Shown here: positions 1 to 9,612 of the stretch, in pieces | Layout of the letters: each line of letters opens with the position of its first letter | Position numbering within the stretch: position 1 is the stretch's first letter | DNA from: Candidatus Omnitrophota bacterium | GTDB taxonomy: Bacteria; Omnitrophota; Gorgyraeia; Duberdicusellales; 4484-171 | Assembly (NCBI GenBank): GCA_021735655.1 | Contig: JAIPGM010000004.1 | Span: 95,874-159,873 of the forward strand | Direction: 5' to 3' | Length of the DNA stretch: 64,000 nucleotides | Program-made: the position numbers and the translations under genes | Notes under the pieces: model-generated | What the model was told of the DNA's origin: nothing | The model's input: the letters and a program-made list of their open reading frames with translations, nothing else | The model's database searches: none

Positions 1-273
1 TATGGCTGCTTATTATATCCGGCTTAAAAAACTTTATTGCCCGCCATACTGAAATTAAAGCCCTCAAATCGTGGTAAGGAGAAATAGGATAAATAAAATG
101 GGGCTCGGGGAAAACTTTGGCTCCAATAACTTTGGCCGCCTGCATTAAGCGCGGTTCGGGACCGGCAACTAAACCGACCCTACAACCCTTTGCGGCGAAA
201 TAACGCATTAAATGAACCACATGCTTAGTAGCCCCGCCAAAAGCAGCTGCTGTAGTAATATATAAAATCCTCA
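1..273 (-). CDS. Glycosyltransferase family 4, N-terminal part; the gene runs off the window start
   Basis: Reverse-strand ATG near 273 gives MRILYITTAAAFGGATKHVVHLMRYFAAKGCRVGLVAGPEP... This is a typical GT4 N-terminal Rossmann domain and resembles the start of the next GT. It is not in the ORF track because it is truncated. Confidence 0.5.
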
Positions 274-336
274 TCTGAAATCACCTTGCCGGCATTTTAC
301 TTGTTTTCGATTAATCTCTCTACGAAAAAATTACCC

Positions 337-1470
337 CTATGATGGCCCTAATCGTTCATACAATCTTTCATATTGCTCTAAGTTCCGACTCAAGGGAAAA
401 TTGTCCTTAATCCGCTGCCGGGCTGCTGTTCCCAGTTTTCGGCGGCCTTCCGAACCCAATTCTATAAGTTGCTGCCAAGCCTCGGTAAGCGCTTTTGGGT
501 TTTTTGGCGGAACAACCAGTCCGGTCTCGCCAACCACAAAGGCTGAATCTCCCACATCGGTTGTGACACAAGGAGTGCCACAAGCCATGGCTTCCCCTAA
601 TACATTAGGAAATCCTTCTCCGCAGGAAGACGATAAAGTTACAATATCTAAACCTGACAATATTTGTGGTAAATCATTTCTTTCCCCTAATAGGTAAACC
701 CGTTGCTGAAGACCCTTTTCAACAACCCATTGGAAAAGTTGTTTATTGCTTTCAGTGACCCTTGGCCCAATTAAAATGAAATAGACTGCCGGAACTTTTT
801 TACTTAAACCTTCGGCAGCCTCAATAAAACCTCGCTGGTCCTTTTGGGGATGAAACCGGGCAACTAAACCTATTAACAGCGCCTCCTTGGAAAGTTTAAG
901 TTCCTGAAGAAGCTTGGCTCGAGCCGATAGATCGGGTTTAAACTCAACTAAATCGTAACCGTTAAAAATTACAACCATTTTGTCGCTACGGTAGCGATAT
1001 TTAAGGTGTATTCGCCGGGTTTCTCGTGAGCAGCATACTATAACCTCAGGGACCCAACCTGACAGCAAAGCCCCGGCCTTTACTACCGATAAAGTGGTTT
1101 TTTTCACAAACCCTACACTGGTATCACTATGATGCAGCCCCCAAATAACCGGGATTCCGCCGGCAAGCTTAGCGGCGATGCCTCCGATTAAATTCGCATG
1201 ATACATCCAGGTTTGAACCAAGTCAAACCGGCTGCGCTTCAAATAAACTATTAACTGGATTAGAGCTTTAAGGTCAGAAACTCTATAGCGCATGTTTAGG
1301 GCTTTTACATTTATACCTAAATTTTGGATTTTTTCTCCGACCGGACCGAGCTCAGTTAAAGAAACAACTGAAACTTTATACTTTTCTTTATCCAAACCCA
1401 AAAGGAGCCGATACAATACCATCTCGGCACCACCAATATTTAGACCAGTTATAATATGACAGATTCTCAT
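337..1470 (-). CDS. Glycosyltransferase family 4
   Basis: 377 aa. N-terminal GxGG nucleotide-sugar fold. C-terminal EGFPNVLGEAMACGTPCVTTDVGD matches the GT4 E-x7-E region. Confidence 0.75.
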   Translation of the reverse strand: MRICHIITGLNIGGAEMVLYRLLLGLDKEKYKVSVVSLTELGPVGEKIQNLGINVKALNMRYRVSDLKALIQLIVYLKRSRFDLVQTWMYHANLIGGIAAKLAGGIPVIWGLHHSDTSVGFVKKTTLSVVKAGALLSGWVPEVIVCCSRETRRIHLKYRYRSDKMVVIFNGYDLVEFKPDLSARAKLLQELKLSKEALLIGLVARFHPQKDQRGFIEAAEGLSKKVPAVYFILIGPRVTESNKQLFQWVVEKGLQQRVYLLGERNDLPQILSGLDIVTLSSSCGEGFPNVLGEAMACGTPCVTTDVGDSAFVVGETGLVVPPKNPKALTEAWQQLIELGSEGRRKLGTAARQRIKDNFPLSRNLEQYERLYERLGPS

Positions 1471-1493
1471 TAAATTAACTGTCCCGTTTATTT

Positions 1494-2591
1494 TTAGCTC
1501 TTAAGCAGTTTAAAATATTCCCCAACAACTGCCTCTCTAGTAAATATTTTTAACTCTTCGGCCTCAATACCTTTACCGGGTCGATCGAGTGTAGCAATAA
1601 TCGCTGCGGCTAACCTCTCCCAATCACCTACCGGAACTAGCTTTCCCAGCCGTCCGCCTTGTAATATTTCCCTAGAACCCCCCGGACTATCAGTAGCCAC
1701 TACTGCTACCCCCAAAGCTAAGGCCTCAATCAAAACTGTGGGAAGCCCTTCCCAGGCTGAAGACAAAACAAATATTTTAGCTTTAGCCATCCAAGCATAA
1801 GGATTTTCAACAAACCCAGGCATCGCTACGTCTGCCTCCAAGTTTAATTCCTTAATTAACTTTTCAAGGCTGCCGCGTTCCTCCCCCTCGCCTAAAATTA
1901 TTAACCGAGCTGGGCGTTGCTCCAAAATCCGTCTAAACGCTCGAAGCAGCGTCCCAAAATCCTTTTGCGCTGTTAGCCGGCCTACCGAAAGTAAAACTGG
2001 TATATCTTTTTCAATAAACCACTTGTGTTTAGGGTTATCCCTGCCTTTAGCTATAAGCTCTGAGGTAATAACTGGGTTAGGGATAATCTTAATTTGGCTT
2101 AACTTAGCCATGCCCAATTTAGCTATTTCCGCGGCGACAGCTTGCGATACTGCTACCACCGTCTGGGCTCGAAAATAAATTAGCTTAGCTAAAAATAAAC
2201 CCACCCTATCCTTTAACCTGAATTGTTTTGACCGGCTGGCCAAAACCGTATTTTGAACTATAACGATAATTTTTGTATTCACTCTAGCAAACCAACCTGC
2301 CAAAATAGCTATGACATTAGCATGTCTCATAGCTGAAAGCAAACTCGCTGGCTGTTCTTTTTTAAGATATCCAACTAACCCTTTAAGGCTGGTTAAAACT
2401 CGTTGAGCCCCTAAATTTATTACTTTGACCTCGGGTGGGATTTGAGATAGATAAGGGCCTTGGGCTTTAGCCAACACTATTTCTACAGTCAAGCCGCGTT
2501 CCTGCAACCCAATAGCTAAGTTAAGCATCGCTCGTTCGGCTCCCCCACCACGCATTGAAGGCACAAAAATAGCTACCTTGTCTTTATTCAT
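1494..2591 (-). CDS. Glycosyltransferase family 4
   Basis: 365 aa. MRGGGAERAM N-terminus. AWEGLPTVLIEALALGVAVVATD GT4 C-terminal motif. Confidence 0.75.
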   Translation of the reverse strand: MNKDKVAIFVPSMRGGGAERAMLNLAIGLQERGLTVEIVLAKAQGPYLSQIPPEVKVINLGAQRVLTSLKGLVGYLKKEQPASLLSAMRHANVIAILAGWFARVNTKIIVIVQNTVLASRSKQFRLKDRVGLFLAKLIYFRAQTVVAVSQAVAAEIAKLGMAKLSQIKIIPNPVITSELIAKGRDNPKHKWFIEKDIPVLLSVGRLTAQKDFGTLLRAFRRILEQRPARLIILGEGEERGSLEKLIKELNLEADVAMPGFVENPYAWMAKAKIFVLSSAWEGLPTVLIEALALGVAVVATDSPGGSREILQGGRLGKLVPVGDWERLAAAIIATLDRPGKGIEAEELKIFTREAVVGEYFKLLKS

Positions 2592-3715
2592 GGTTTTTTC
2601 GAATTAGCTCCAGACTGATAAACTTCATCGACCACCCTTCGCCACATTTCTAAAATTCTTGAAGAGCCAAATCTTTCCAACACTTCTGGAGCACGCAAAG
2701 CCAATCGTTTCCTTTCATTCTCATCACGCATCAGCTTAGCAATGGTTGTAGCTAAAGCCGCCACATTTTCTGGCGGTACCAACACTCCGTCAATTTTATC
2801 TCTGATAATTTCACTTGGCCCGCAGGGGCAATCAAAACTTACCACCGCCACCCCTTGAGCCATTGCTTCAAGAATGACCATCGGAAAACCCTCAAACCGC
2901 GATGACATTGCAAAAATGTCAGCCTGTTTTAAAATAGCTAGCGGGTTAGGAACTAGCCCTAACAAAAATATGCGATTTTTCAAATTTAATGAGCCGATCA
3001 ACCTCTCTAGTTCCCCTTGCATCTGCCCTTGCCCTAAGATGACTAAGTTCCAATCAAGATTATTGGAAGAAACCTTGGCAAAACTCTCAATCAACAAATC
3101 AAACCCTTTTTGCCGAACCAGCCTCCCGATAGCAACTATTAATTTACCCTTGGGGAGCTTAACCTGATTAGAAATATTACTCCTTTCATCCTCAAGCCTG
3201 ATCGGATTAGGGATTATGACTACCTGTTCACTAGCCAACCAATTAGTGAAATATTTTTTCATGCTTTTAGTTAGCACCACAACCCGGCTAGCCCAACGAT
3301 AAGCAATTCTTCGCAATAAAATCAGCATTCGTCTTCCCTGTTTTGAATCCATATGTTCTGAAACAATTACTGGGATCTTTGAACCAAACAAAGAAAATAA
3401 AGTTAGCACATTGGTCTTATCCATAAAACTTACAACGACATCGGGGTTGCTTCTTTTTATTTCCCTGCGCAGCCGATAACTTCGACGCAGGCTCCTTATT
3501 ACGGTTTGGAAAATATTATTTGATACAGACAATAAGCCAAGTGAACGCTGAGTTATTGTTTCATCTATTTTAAAAAAAGGTTTCCTGCCCCAATCCAAGG
3601 TAAGTAAAGTAACTGAATAGCCTTGCTTTGCAAAATAATTAGCCACCGTACTCATCACTCTTTCTGCTCCGCCGGCTGAAAGAGATGGGATAACAAAAGT
3701 TATACGTATCGCCAT
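2588..3715 (-). CDS. Glycosyltransferase family 4
   Basis: 375 aa. SAGGAERV N-terminus. FEGFPMVILEAMAQGVAVVSFD motif. Overlaps the neighbouring genes by 4 nt, which suggests an operon. Confidence 0.75.
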   Translation of the reverse strand: MAIRITFVIPSLSAGGAERVMSTVANYFAKQGYSVTLLTLDWGRKPFFKIDETITQRSLGLLSVSNNIFQTVIRSLRRSYRLRREIKRSNPDVVVSFMDKTNVLTLFSLFGSKIPVIVSEHMDSKQGRRMLILLRRIAYRWASRVVVLTKSMKKYFTNWLASEQVVIIPNPIRLEDERSNISNQVKLPKGKLIVAIGRLVRQKGFDLLIESFAKVSSNNLDWNLVILGQGQMQGELERLIGSLNLKNRIFLLGLVPNPLAILKQADIFAMSSRFEGFPMVILEAMAQGVAVVSFDCPCGPSEIIRDKIDGVLVPPENVAALATTIAKLMRDENERKRLALRAPEVLERFGSSRILEMWRRVVDEVYQSGANSKKP

Positions 3716-3766
3716 TTTTTAATCTTTAATCCTTACCCGTCCCCGATATTATAACTGCGCCTCTAA

Positions 3767-5035
3767 TTAATCCCTTAAACAAGAAACAAGAAATGAAGTA
3801 ATCCGTCCATAAGTATCTTGGAAAGAAAACTTTTCTTCAATCTGTTTGCGGGCAAAAAGACTTTGTTTTTTGGCTTGTTCGGCCGAAGCTAAAAATTTGT
3901 TTACTGCTTCAGCTATCCCTTGATCATTATTCTGAATAATTAGGCCCCGCTCATTATCTAAATTCATTCCATAAATTGCCTCATCAGTAGCTATAACCGG
4001 AACCCCCAAAGCCATGGCCTCGATAACCCGGCTCCTAAAACCATAAGTTCCTTTTAAAGGACAGATCATAACCGTAGCTGAGGCTAGCGTCTCCTGAACT
4101 CGCTCAATAAATCCCGTTATCTTCACCCGGCTATCCCCGGCTAAAGCCTGCAGTTTATTTGAAGGCCTTGCCCCCACTAGCCATAGTTCGGCATCAGGAA
4201 CCTTAGGCCAAACCAAGGGCATAATTCTATTGGCGCAACGTAAGGCAGCTTGCTCATTCTGCTCACCGGAAAGCGAACCATAAAAAATAATTCGTTGCGG
4301 TTTAGCCGGTTTCCAACAATATGGCCACTCCGCCAAATCAACTCCCATGCCGGCAATTAGCGTAGAAATATTCTGAGGTATTTTTTGGCGAAGATACTCA
4401 TCTTCAACATGGTTTATCGATATGATCTGGCTAAATTGTCGCCAGATTTTCTCTTCTATTGTACGATATCGTTTAATCAAAAATTTTTGGTAAAGCCTGC
4501 CCGGCCCCTTTCTACTCTTTCCGGCATTATTAAAACTTCCTATCGCATCTATCTGAGCGGCCCGCCATTGCCAAAGAATATCATGCATATCCAAAACACA
4601 AGGGATACCCTTATTTTTAAAATAGCTTAATGATGCTGCGCTGTACCAATATTCGAAAAGAACAATAGCGAACTCATCGTTGTCAAGAGCCTTCTTCACT
4701 CTTTTCGGCGATAGATTAAGACTGCCTAGATAATAACTTTTTGGAATACCAAAAAGATAGCAGGCTAAACCAGATAAGGTACGATGTAGCGCCCGGGTAA
4801 TGAAGTTTTTTGTGTAACAACTAGGCAAAATTATTACCCGTGAACATAGCGATTGTAAAACTTTTTTATCGGTAAGAATATCTCGTTGGTTACTAGTAGA
4901 AAGAAAAGTTATTTCAAATTTTTCCCGCGCAGCCCGCAAAATGTTAAAAATCCGCACTCGGCAACCCATTTCTAAAAGAGATAGGTTGGCGATTGGCGAA
5001 ATCACTAAAAGTTTTGGCCGGCCGGTTTTTTTCAT
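3767..5035 (-). CDS. Glycosyltransferase, GT1/GT4-like
   Basis: 422 aa. C-terminal GFRSRVIEAMALGVPVIATDEA retaining-GT motif. Long N-terminal domain. Confidence 0.6.
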   Translation of the reverse strand: MKKTGRPKLLVISPIANLSLLEMGCRVRIFNILRAAREKFEITFLSTSNQRDILTDKKVLQSLCSRVIILPSCYTKNFITRALHRTLSGLACYLFGIPKSYYLGSLNLSPKRVKKALDNDEFAIVLFEYWYSAASLSYFKNKGIPCVLDMHDILWQWRAAQIDAIGSFNNAGKSRKGPGRLYQKFLIKRYRTIEEKIWRQFSQIISINHVEDEYLRQKIPQNISTLIAGMGVDLAEWPYCWKPAKPQRIIFYGSLSGEQNEQAALRCANRIMPLVWPKVPDAELWLVGARPSNKLQALAGDSRVKITGFIERVQETLASATVMICPLKGTYGFRSRVIEAMALGVPVIATDEAIYGMNLDNERGLIIQNNDQGIAEAVNKFLASAEQAKKQSLFARKQIEEKFSFQDTYGRITSFLVSCLRD

Positions 5036-5877
5036 TTTAGCTTTTTTAATTTTCGTCTAATTAAAGAAAATATCTTAAAAGGATTCCTAAAATAATAACT
5101 GATTCGCCGCACTTTAAATTTCCGAAAAAGGATATATTTAATCATTGTTAATACTCTTAAAGGGAAAGAAAGCTTTTGCCGGTGCCTTTCTAAAAGCTGA
5201 TTATAATAAATATCATGCAACCCTTTTTCTTTAAGGGTTGTGGTTTTGGCCCCTTTAATTAACCGCAAATTCCCCCAAATCTCATCAATATACTTAACCT
5301 TGGCAACCAGCACCGCCCTAATAATAAAATCTATATCCATCATGTACGGGCCATAAGGCTCATCGGTCAAATACAGCCCTATTTTTTGGTGCAGCGATTT
5401 ATGATAGAAGTATGCCGAAGGGTTCCAAGGAAAAGGCTCTTTTAAAGACAATAGGTCAGTTATCCCCATTTTTTTCGGTTTATTTATCTGTAAAATTTTA
5501 CCTTCATCCCCCCAAACATTGCAATTACCCACCAATAAACTAGGCTCGGGCAAATCTTTAAAAAGTTCTAATATCTGATTTAAAACACCGGGCTCATAAA
5601 AATCATCTACATTCAAAGAGCTGATTATTTCCCCTTTAGACATGGCCAAACCCTTATTCAAAGCCTGCGACTGCCCTTGGTCTTTTTCGGAAACCCACCT
5701 AATATGCCGATAGCGCTTGGCATATTTACTGATAATTGCTACGGTCTTATCGGTTGATCCGCCATCAATAAGCAGATGCTCTGCTTCCGGGCATTTCTGT
5801 TCGATCACATTTTCTAAACAGCCCTGGATAAACCGCTCACCATTATAAACTGGGGTAATGACGCTAATCATAGTCAA
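5032..5877 (-). CDS. Glycosyltransferase family 2
   Basis: 281 aa. N-terminal ISVITPVYNGERFI...LLIDGGSTD. This is the GT-A fold signature. Confidence 0.7.
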   Translation of the reverse strand: MTMISVITPVYNGERFIQGCLENVIEQKCPEAEHLLIDGGSTDKTVAIISKYAKRYRHIRWVSEKDQGQSQALNKGLAMSKGEIISSLNVDDFYEPGVLNQILELFKDLPEPSLLVGNCNVWGDEGKILQINKPKKMGITDLLSLKEPFPWNPSAYFYHKSLHQKIGLYLTDEPYGPYMMDIDFIIRAVLVAKVKYIDEIWGNLRLIKGAKTTTLKEKGLHDIYYNQLLERHRQKLSFPLRVLTMIKYILFRKFKVRRISYYFRNPFKIFSLIRRKLKKLK

Positions 5878-7151
5878 AAATTCTTTTCCGGTTTTCCTAT
5901 TATTTCTTGATATAGATTTATGTAGTGTGCTACCTGATTCTTAAGGGCGTATTTCTTCTCTACTCTTTCCCTAGCGTGATGTCCGAGCCTTTGACGCTCC
6001 TGAGGGTGATTTATCAGCCAAGCTATTTTTGCGGCTAGCTCTTGGCTATTTTTTACCTCAGCCCAAAGCCCAGTTTCGTTTGGTACCATTATTTCGTTAA
6101 TCCCCCCAATATTAAAGGCTACCGCTGGAATGCCGCAAGCCATTGATTCTAACAACAATAGACCAAAAGCCTCCTCTAAAGAGGGGATCACTACTACATC
6201 AGCGGCACTATAAACATTGGCTAGACTTTCTTCATCATAAAAATACCCCAATTGATAAATAGCTAAATCACTTCTTCTTAATTTATCCTCTATATCTTGT
6301 TTGGCGCCAAAAATAACTAAGGCTAGTTTGGAGGTATTAATTTTCTGCCCTAATATACTTAAAGCCTCCACTAAATATTGGAAGCCTTTGTTTTTACTCT
6401 TGTAATCTGCTCCGAATAAAATAATAGTTTTATCTTGAGGCAGCCCCAATAAATTCCTCGATTTAAACCGATCCTTCTTAATAAATACATTAATAGGGAC
6501 TCCGTGGGGAATAACTTTTATCGGGCAGTCTTTAAAAAGTTGGCTTTGCCTAGCTTGTTCGGCAAGCCAAAAGCTGGGAGCAACAATATTAATATTGGCC
6601 TTCTCTAAAACCTTTTTCTTTCTTTCCAATATTTTCCGGGAAAGGTCTCTGTTTTTCCTTGAACCCAGCTGAGGACAATATCCACAACCAATCTCATATT
6701 TGTTACACCCCTCAAGACAATGGCACCCGCCGGTAAAAGGATTGTGATCGTGCAGCGTCCAAACTATCGGTTTAGGCCCTAAATTTAGAAAAAAATCTTT
6801 ATAGTCGACCATTTTTACTACCCAATGCAAGTTAATAACCTCTGCCTCACGCACCACTGGCTGCCTTTTTAGCCGATAGATTGACCGCTCATTACTAAAG
6901 ATTAATTCCTCTTTTTGCTTTCGCTGTTGGCCCTTAATCTCTCTAAAAATCAGTTTTTTCTTGATTTTGTTTTTAAACCGAGTAACTAAACTATCGCTTT
7001 CAGTTAGTTCAACAACATCACAATCCTGCGATGAGCGGCGCAAAACTAACATTTTAGAATCTACCTTTGCCTGTTTTAAACCACAATGAATTCTATAGGC
7101 TGCTTTGCCGGCCCCGCCAGAATCATAAGTACTTAAATGAAGAGTTTTCAT
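5874..7151 (-). CDS. Glycosyltransferase family 4 with a Cys-rich insertion
   Basis: 425 aa. EAFGLLLLESMACGIPAVAF GT4 motif. Cys cluster GGCHCLEGCNKYEIGCGYCPQ. Confidence 0.65.
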   Translation of the reverse strand: MKTLHLSTYDSGGAGKAAYRIHCGLKQAKVDSKMLVLRRSSQDCDVVELTESDSLVTRFKNKIKKKLIFREIKGQQRKQKEELIFSNERSIYRLKRQPVVREAEVINLHWVVKMVDYKDFFLNLGPKPIVWTLHDHNPFTGGCHCLEGCNKYEIGCGYCPQLGSRKNRDLSRKILERKKKVLEKANINIVAPSFWLAEQARQSQLFKDCPIKVIPHGVPINVFIKKDRFKSRNLLGLPQDKTIILFGADYKSKNKGFQYLVEALSILGQKINTSKLALVIFGAKQDIEDKLRRSDLAIYQLGYFYDEESLANVYSAADVVVIPSLEEAFGLLLLESMACGIPAVAFNIGGINEIMVPNETGLWAEVKNSQELAAKIAWLINHPQERQRLGHHARERVEKKYALKNQVAHYINLYQEIIGKPEKNF

Positions 7152-8164
7152 ATCAGTTGTTTTTTGATTGTTCGCCTTATTGCCCTTTTTAGTCTATTAA
7201 TAAACCCCCATAATTTAAAAAACTTTTTTCCTAGCCAATACCTTGGCGAACCCAAAAGGTGCTCAATATCATCAACCTTTCGCCTCTCTACTTGGATTAT
7301 TCCTTCATTTACATCTTTTATCATTTTTTTAATTTCTGGCGGATGTTGGCCGGAAAATCGTTCCAGCCAAGCCGGATAGTTATAAACATTATGCACTCGA
7401 TAGCCGCTTTCTAAACCCAAAAATATTTTTTGGTACCACTCTTGGAATCCTTTAAGTTGCGCCCATTTAGCTTGGTCGTAATACCGGCTTTTATCCAAGA
7501 CTTGTTTGGGGAAAACTAGCGAATAATGGTACAAAAAAATACCTTTCTTAATTAAGCTGTCTCCGTTGACCCATTTCAAGTTACGTAAATCCACACCTTC
7601 TGGATTGCAAACCGTTGGCGGCCGATGGTCAATATATCTATAGCCCGGCCCCCATTTAAATAAGCGATGATACCTTTGGGCCCAATATTTAGCAGGCTTT
7701 TCACGAAACAACCATCCATCAACCACATAATCAAATCCACCAAAAAAAGTTATCTGTTTAAAAGAAACAGCGGTGATCTTCGAATCGCTGCGCAGCATTT
7801 CTAATATCGCCTGCATGTCTTGGGGTTTATAAAACTCATCTACATCAACCTGCCAAAGATAATTTCCCGTTGCCCGTTGCGCATAGGCTTGCGACATTTC
7901 CTCTTTTTCGCTCCAAAATCCTTTAGCTGTAATGATCTCGATTTTGTTATCGGGGTCTTCCTCCTGTTTAAACCGCTGGAGTACATCAAGTGTCCCATCA
8001 ACTGAATGTCCGTTAGCTGTGGCTAGATCTGCTGCCGCGCGAACCGCGCCCTCTACCACAATGATTTGATGAGCGAAAGGATATAAAGACCGTAAACAGT
8101 AGCGTGTAAACGGCTCTCCGTTAAACACGATCAGGCCAAAAGTGATTTTCGGATAATTACTCAT
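7148..8164 (-). CDS. Glycosyltransferase, GT-A fold (family 2-like)
   Basis: The ORF track starts at 8239. The likely true start is the internal MSNYPKITFGLIVFNGEPF at 8164, which avoids a long overlap with the upstream gene. VDVDEFY is a DxD-like motif. Confidence 0.5.
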   Translation of the reverse strand: MSNYPKITFGLIVFNGEPFTRYCLRSLYPFAHQIIVVEGAVRAAADLATANGHSVDGTLDVLQRFKQEEDPDNKIEIITAKGFWSEKEEMSQAYAQRATGNYLWQVDVDEFYKPQDMQAILEMLRSDSKITAVSFKQITFFGGFDYVVDGWLFREKPAKYWAQRYHRLFKWGPGYRYIDHRPPTVCNPEGVDLRNLKWVNGDSLIKKGIFLYHYSLVFPKQVLDKSRYYDQAKWAQLKGFQEWYQKIFLGLESGYRVHNVYNYPAWLERFSGQHPPEIKKMIKDVNEGIIQVERRKVDDIEHLLGSPRYWLGKKFFKLWGFINRLKRAIRRTIKKQLI

Positions 8165-9596
8165 TTTTCGCCAAGGTAACCGCAGCAAAAGTAATACCGA
8201 AAGGTGTCCAAAGCATGAATAACTGCCAGGGAGTAACAAAAAATGTAGAAGAGGTAATACTTACCAAAGACAAAGCAACCACACAAGCTATTCCGCTGAA
8301 AGCTAAGGTTTGACAACCAGCATCGCTAGAATGCAAAGCCCGAAGATAGGCCTTTGTGAACCGGACAAAAATCCAAATAAAACCAATAAATCCGATGATC
8401 CCAAAAGAAAGCCATAAATATAAATAGGTGTTATGGGCAAACCAAGTATAGACATAGCCATATTTTTGGAATCCCTCCAGGCCCACACCAAAAAAAGGAT
8501 GCTCCAAAGCTACCAAAGCCGACTCTTGCCACCGCCAAATGCGGTCAGCTAATCCGGGTGCTTGGCTGGGGTCGTTCAAAACTTCTAAGACGCGCTGTTG
8601 AGCCCGCGCCCCCAAAGAAAACTTAGCGTAATACCAAAAACCAAAAAATAAGGCAAATGCCGGTAAGCCTATCTTCCATAAAGTTCCGGCAAAGCTTGCC
8701 GGAGAGTGTTTCTTTACTTTCAAAGCCAATACAGCCAACACCACTGTAGAAATTCCGGTTGCAATTAACGCCATTCTTCCCTGGGACTTGATAATTATTA
8801 AAGCCGCTACCAACATAATTCCGGCAGCCGCTAGGCGCTTCCCAAAAGACCGGTCGTTTAACCAGAGATTGAATGCTAATATCGCTACAAAAGCATAGCT
8901 AATCGGGGTGACTTCAGCCCCCATAAATAAAGAGTCACACAAAGGTAGATTAATTATCTTCATCAAGCGCTCGCTGCCGATAACTGAGGCGCTCATAAGT
9001 TCCTGCTCATAACTAGCTAGCTGCGGCGCATAAAGAAAAACTAAACCCAGCAATCCAGCTGAAATTAAAAAACACCAAAGCAGGCGCTCGGCTTGTTTAA
9101 TATTTCTAATTAACCAAAAACATAAAAAACAAAACAACGGCGGCAGAAAGCACACCGTTCGAATCACGATAAGCGAATATTCGCCTTTGTACTCAGCTGA
9201 TATGTAAGCGAGTAAAGCACCGATAACAAATAGCGTAAAAGGTAAAAAAGGAAAACCGCCTCGGGTAGGGATAGATGGGACCTTCTTAGAAACACTGCCA
9301 AGAAGCAGTCCGAGAATAATTAGCCCCCAGATAACTAGTTCAGTTGGATAGACCCGGGTCAATGCCGGAGAGAAACTCTGTAACCTTGAGTCCAAAGGCA
9401 GCCAATAGACAAAGACCGCCACGCACAAAAAGGGAAACAAGCCGATCCTTTTAATCAAATAAAGACTACCGGCCAAGCCGCCAAGCCCCAAAATCAAATA
9501 TAAAAACCTTAGATTTTGAGAAACAATTGCCTGGCTGATTATGACTGCGGCACCTACCAAAGCAAAAAAGAATATTAGTTTTTTTATTCTCGCCAT
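8157..9596 (-). CDS. O-antigen ligase/polymerase-like (Wzy_C family) integral membrane protein
   Basis: 479 aa. About 10-12 hydrophobic helices. Periplasmic loop region typical of Wzy/WaaL-type proteins. It sits in a glycosyltransferase locus. Confidence 0.55.
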   Translation of the reverse strand: MARIKKLIFFFALVGAAVIISQAIVSQNLRFLYLILGLGGLAGSLYLIKRIGLFPFLCVAVFVYWLPLDSRLQSFSPALTRVYPTELVIWGLIILGLLLGSVSKKVPSIPTRGGFPFLPFTLFVIGALLAYISAEYKGEYSLIVIRTVCFLPPLFCFLCFWLIRNIKQAERLLWCFLISAGLLGLVFLYAPQLASYEQELMSASVIGSERLMKIINLPLCDSLFMGAEVTPISYAFVAILAFNLWLNDRSFGKRLAAAGIMLVAALIIIKSQGRMALIATGISTVVLAVLALKVKKHSPASFAGTLWKIGLPAFALFFGFWYYAKFSLGARAQQRVLEVLNDPSQAPGLADRIWRWQESALVALEHPFFGVGLEGFQKYGYVYTWFAHNTYLYLWLSFGIIGFIGFIWIFVRFTKAYLRALHSSDAGCQTLAFSGIACVVALSLVSITSSTFFVTPWQLFMLWTPFGITFAAVTLAKNE

Positions 9597-9612
9597 CTCT
9601 TAAGCCGCCCTT

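Noticed and set aside
401-4630. Several short ORFs antisense to the glycosyltransferase genes (e.g. 401..697, 2874..3167, 4385..4630)
   Set aside because: They are embedded antisense within long conserved-motif CDSs and have no features of their own. Considered artefacts. The same applies to the other short antisense ORFs across the window.
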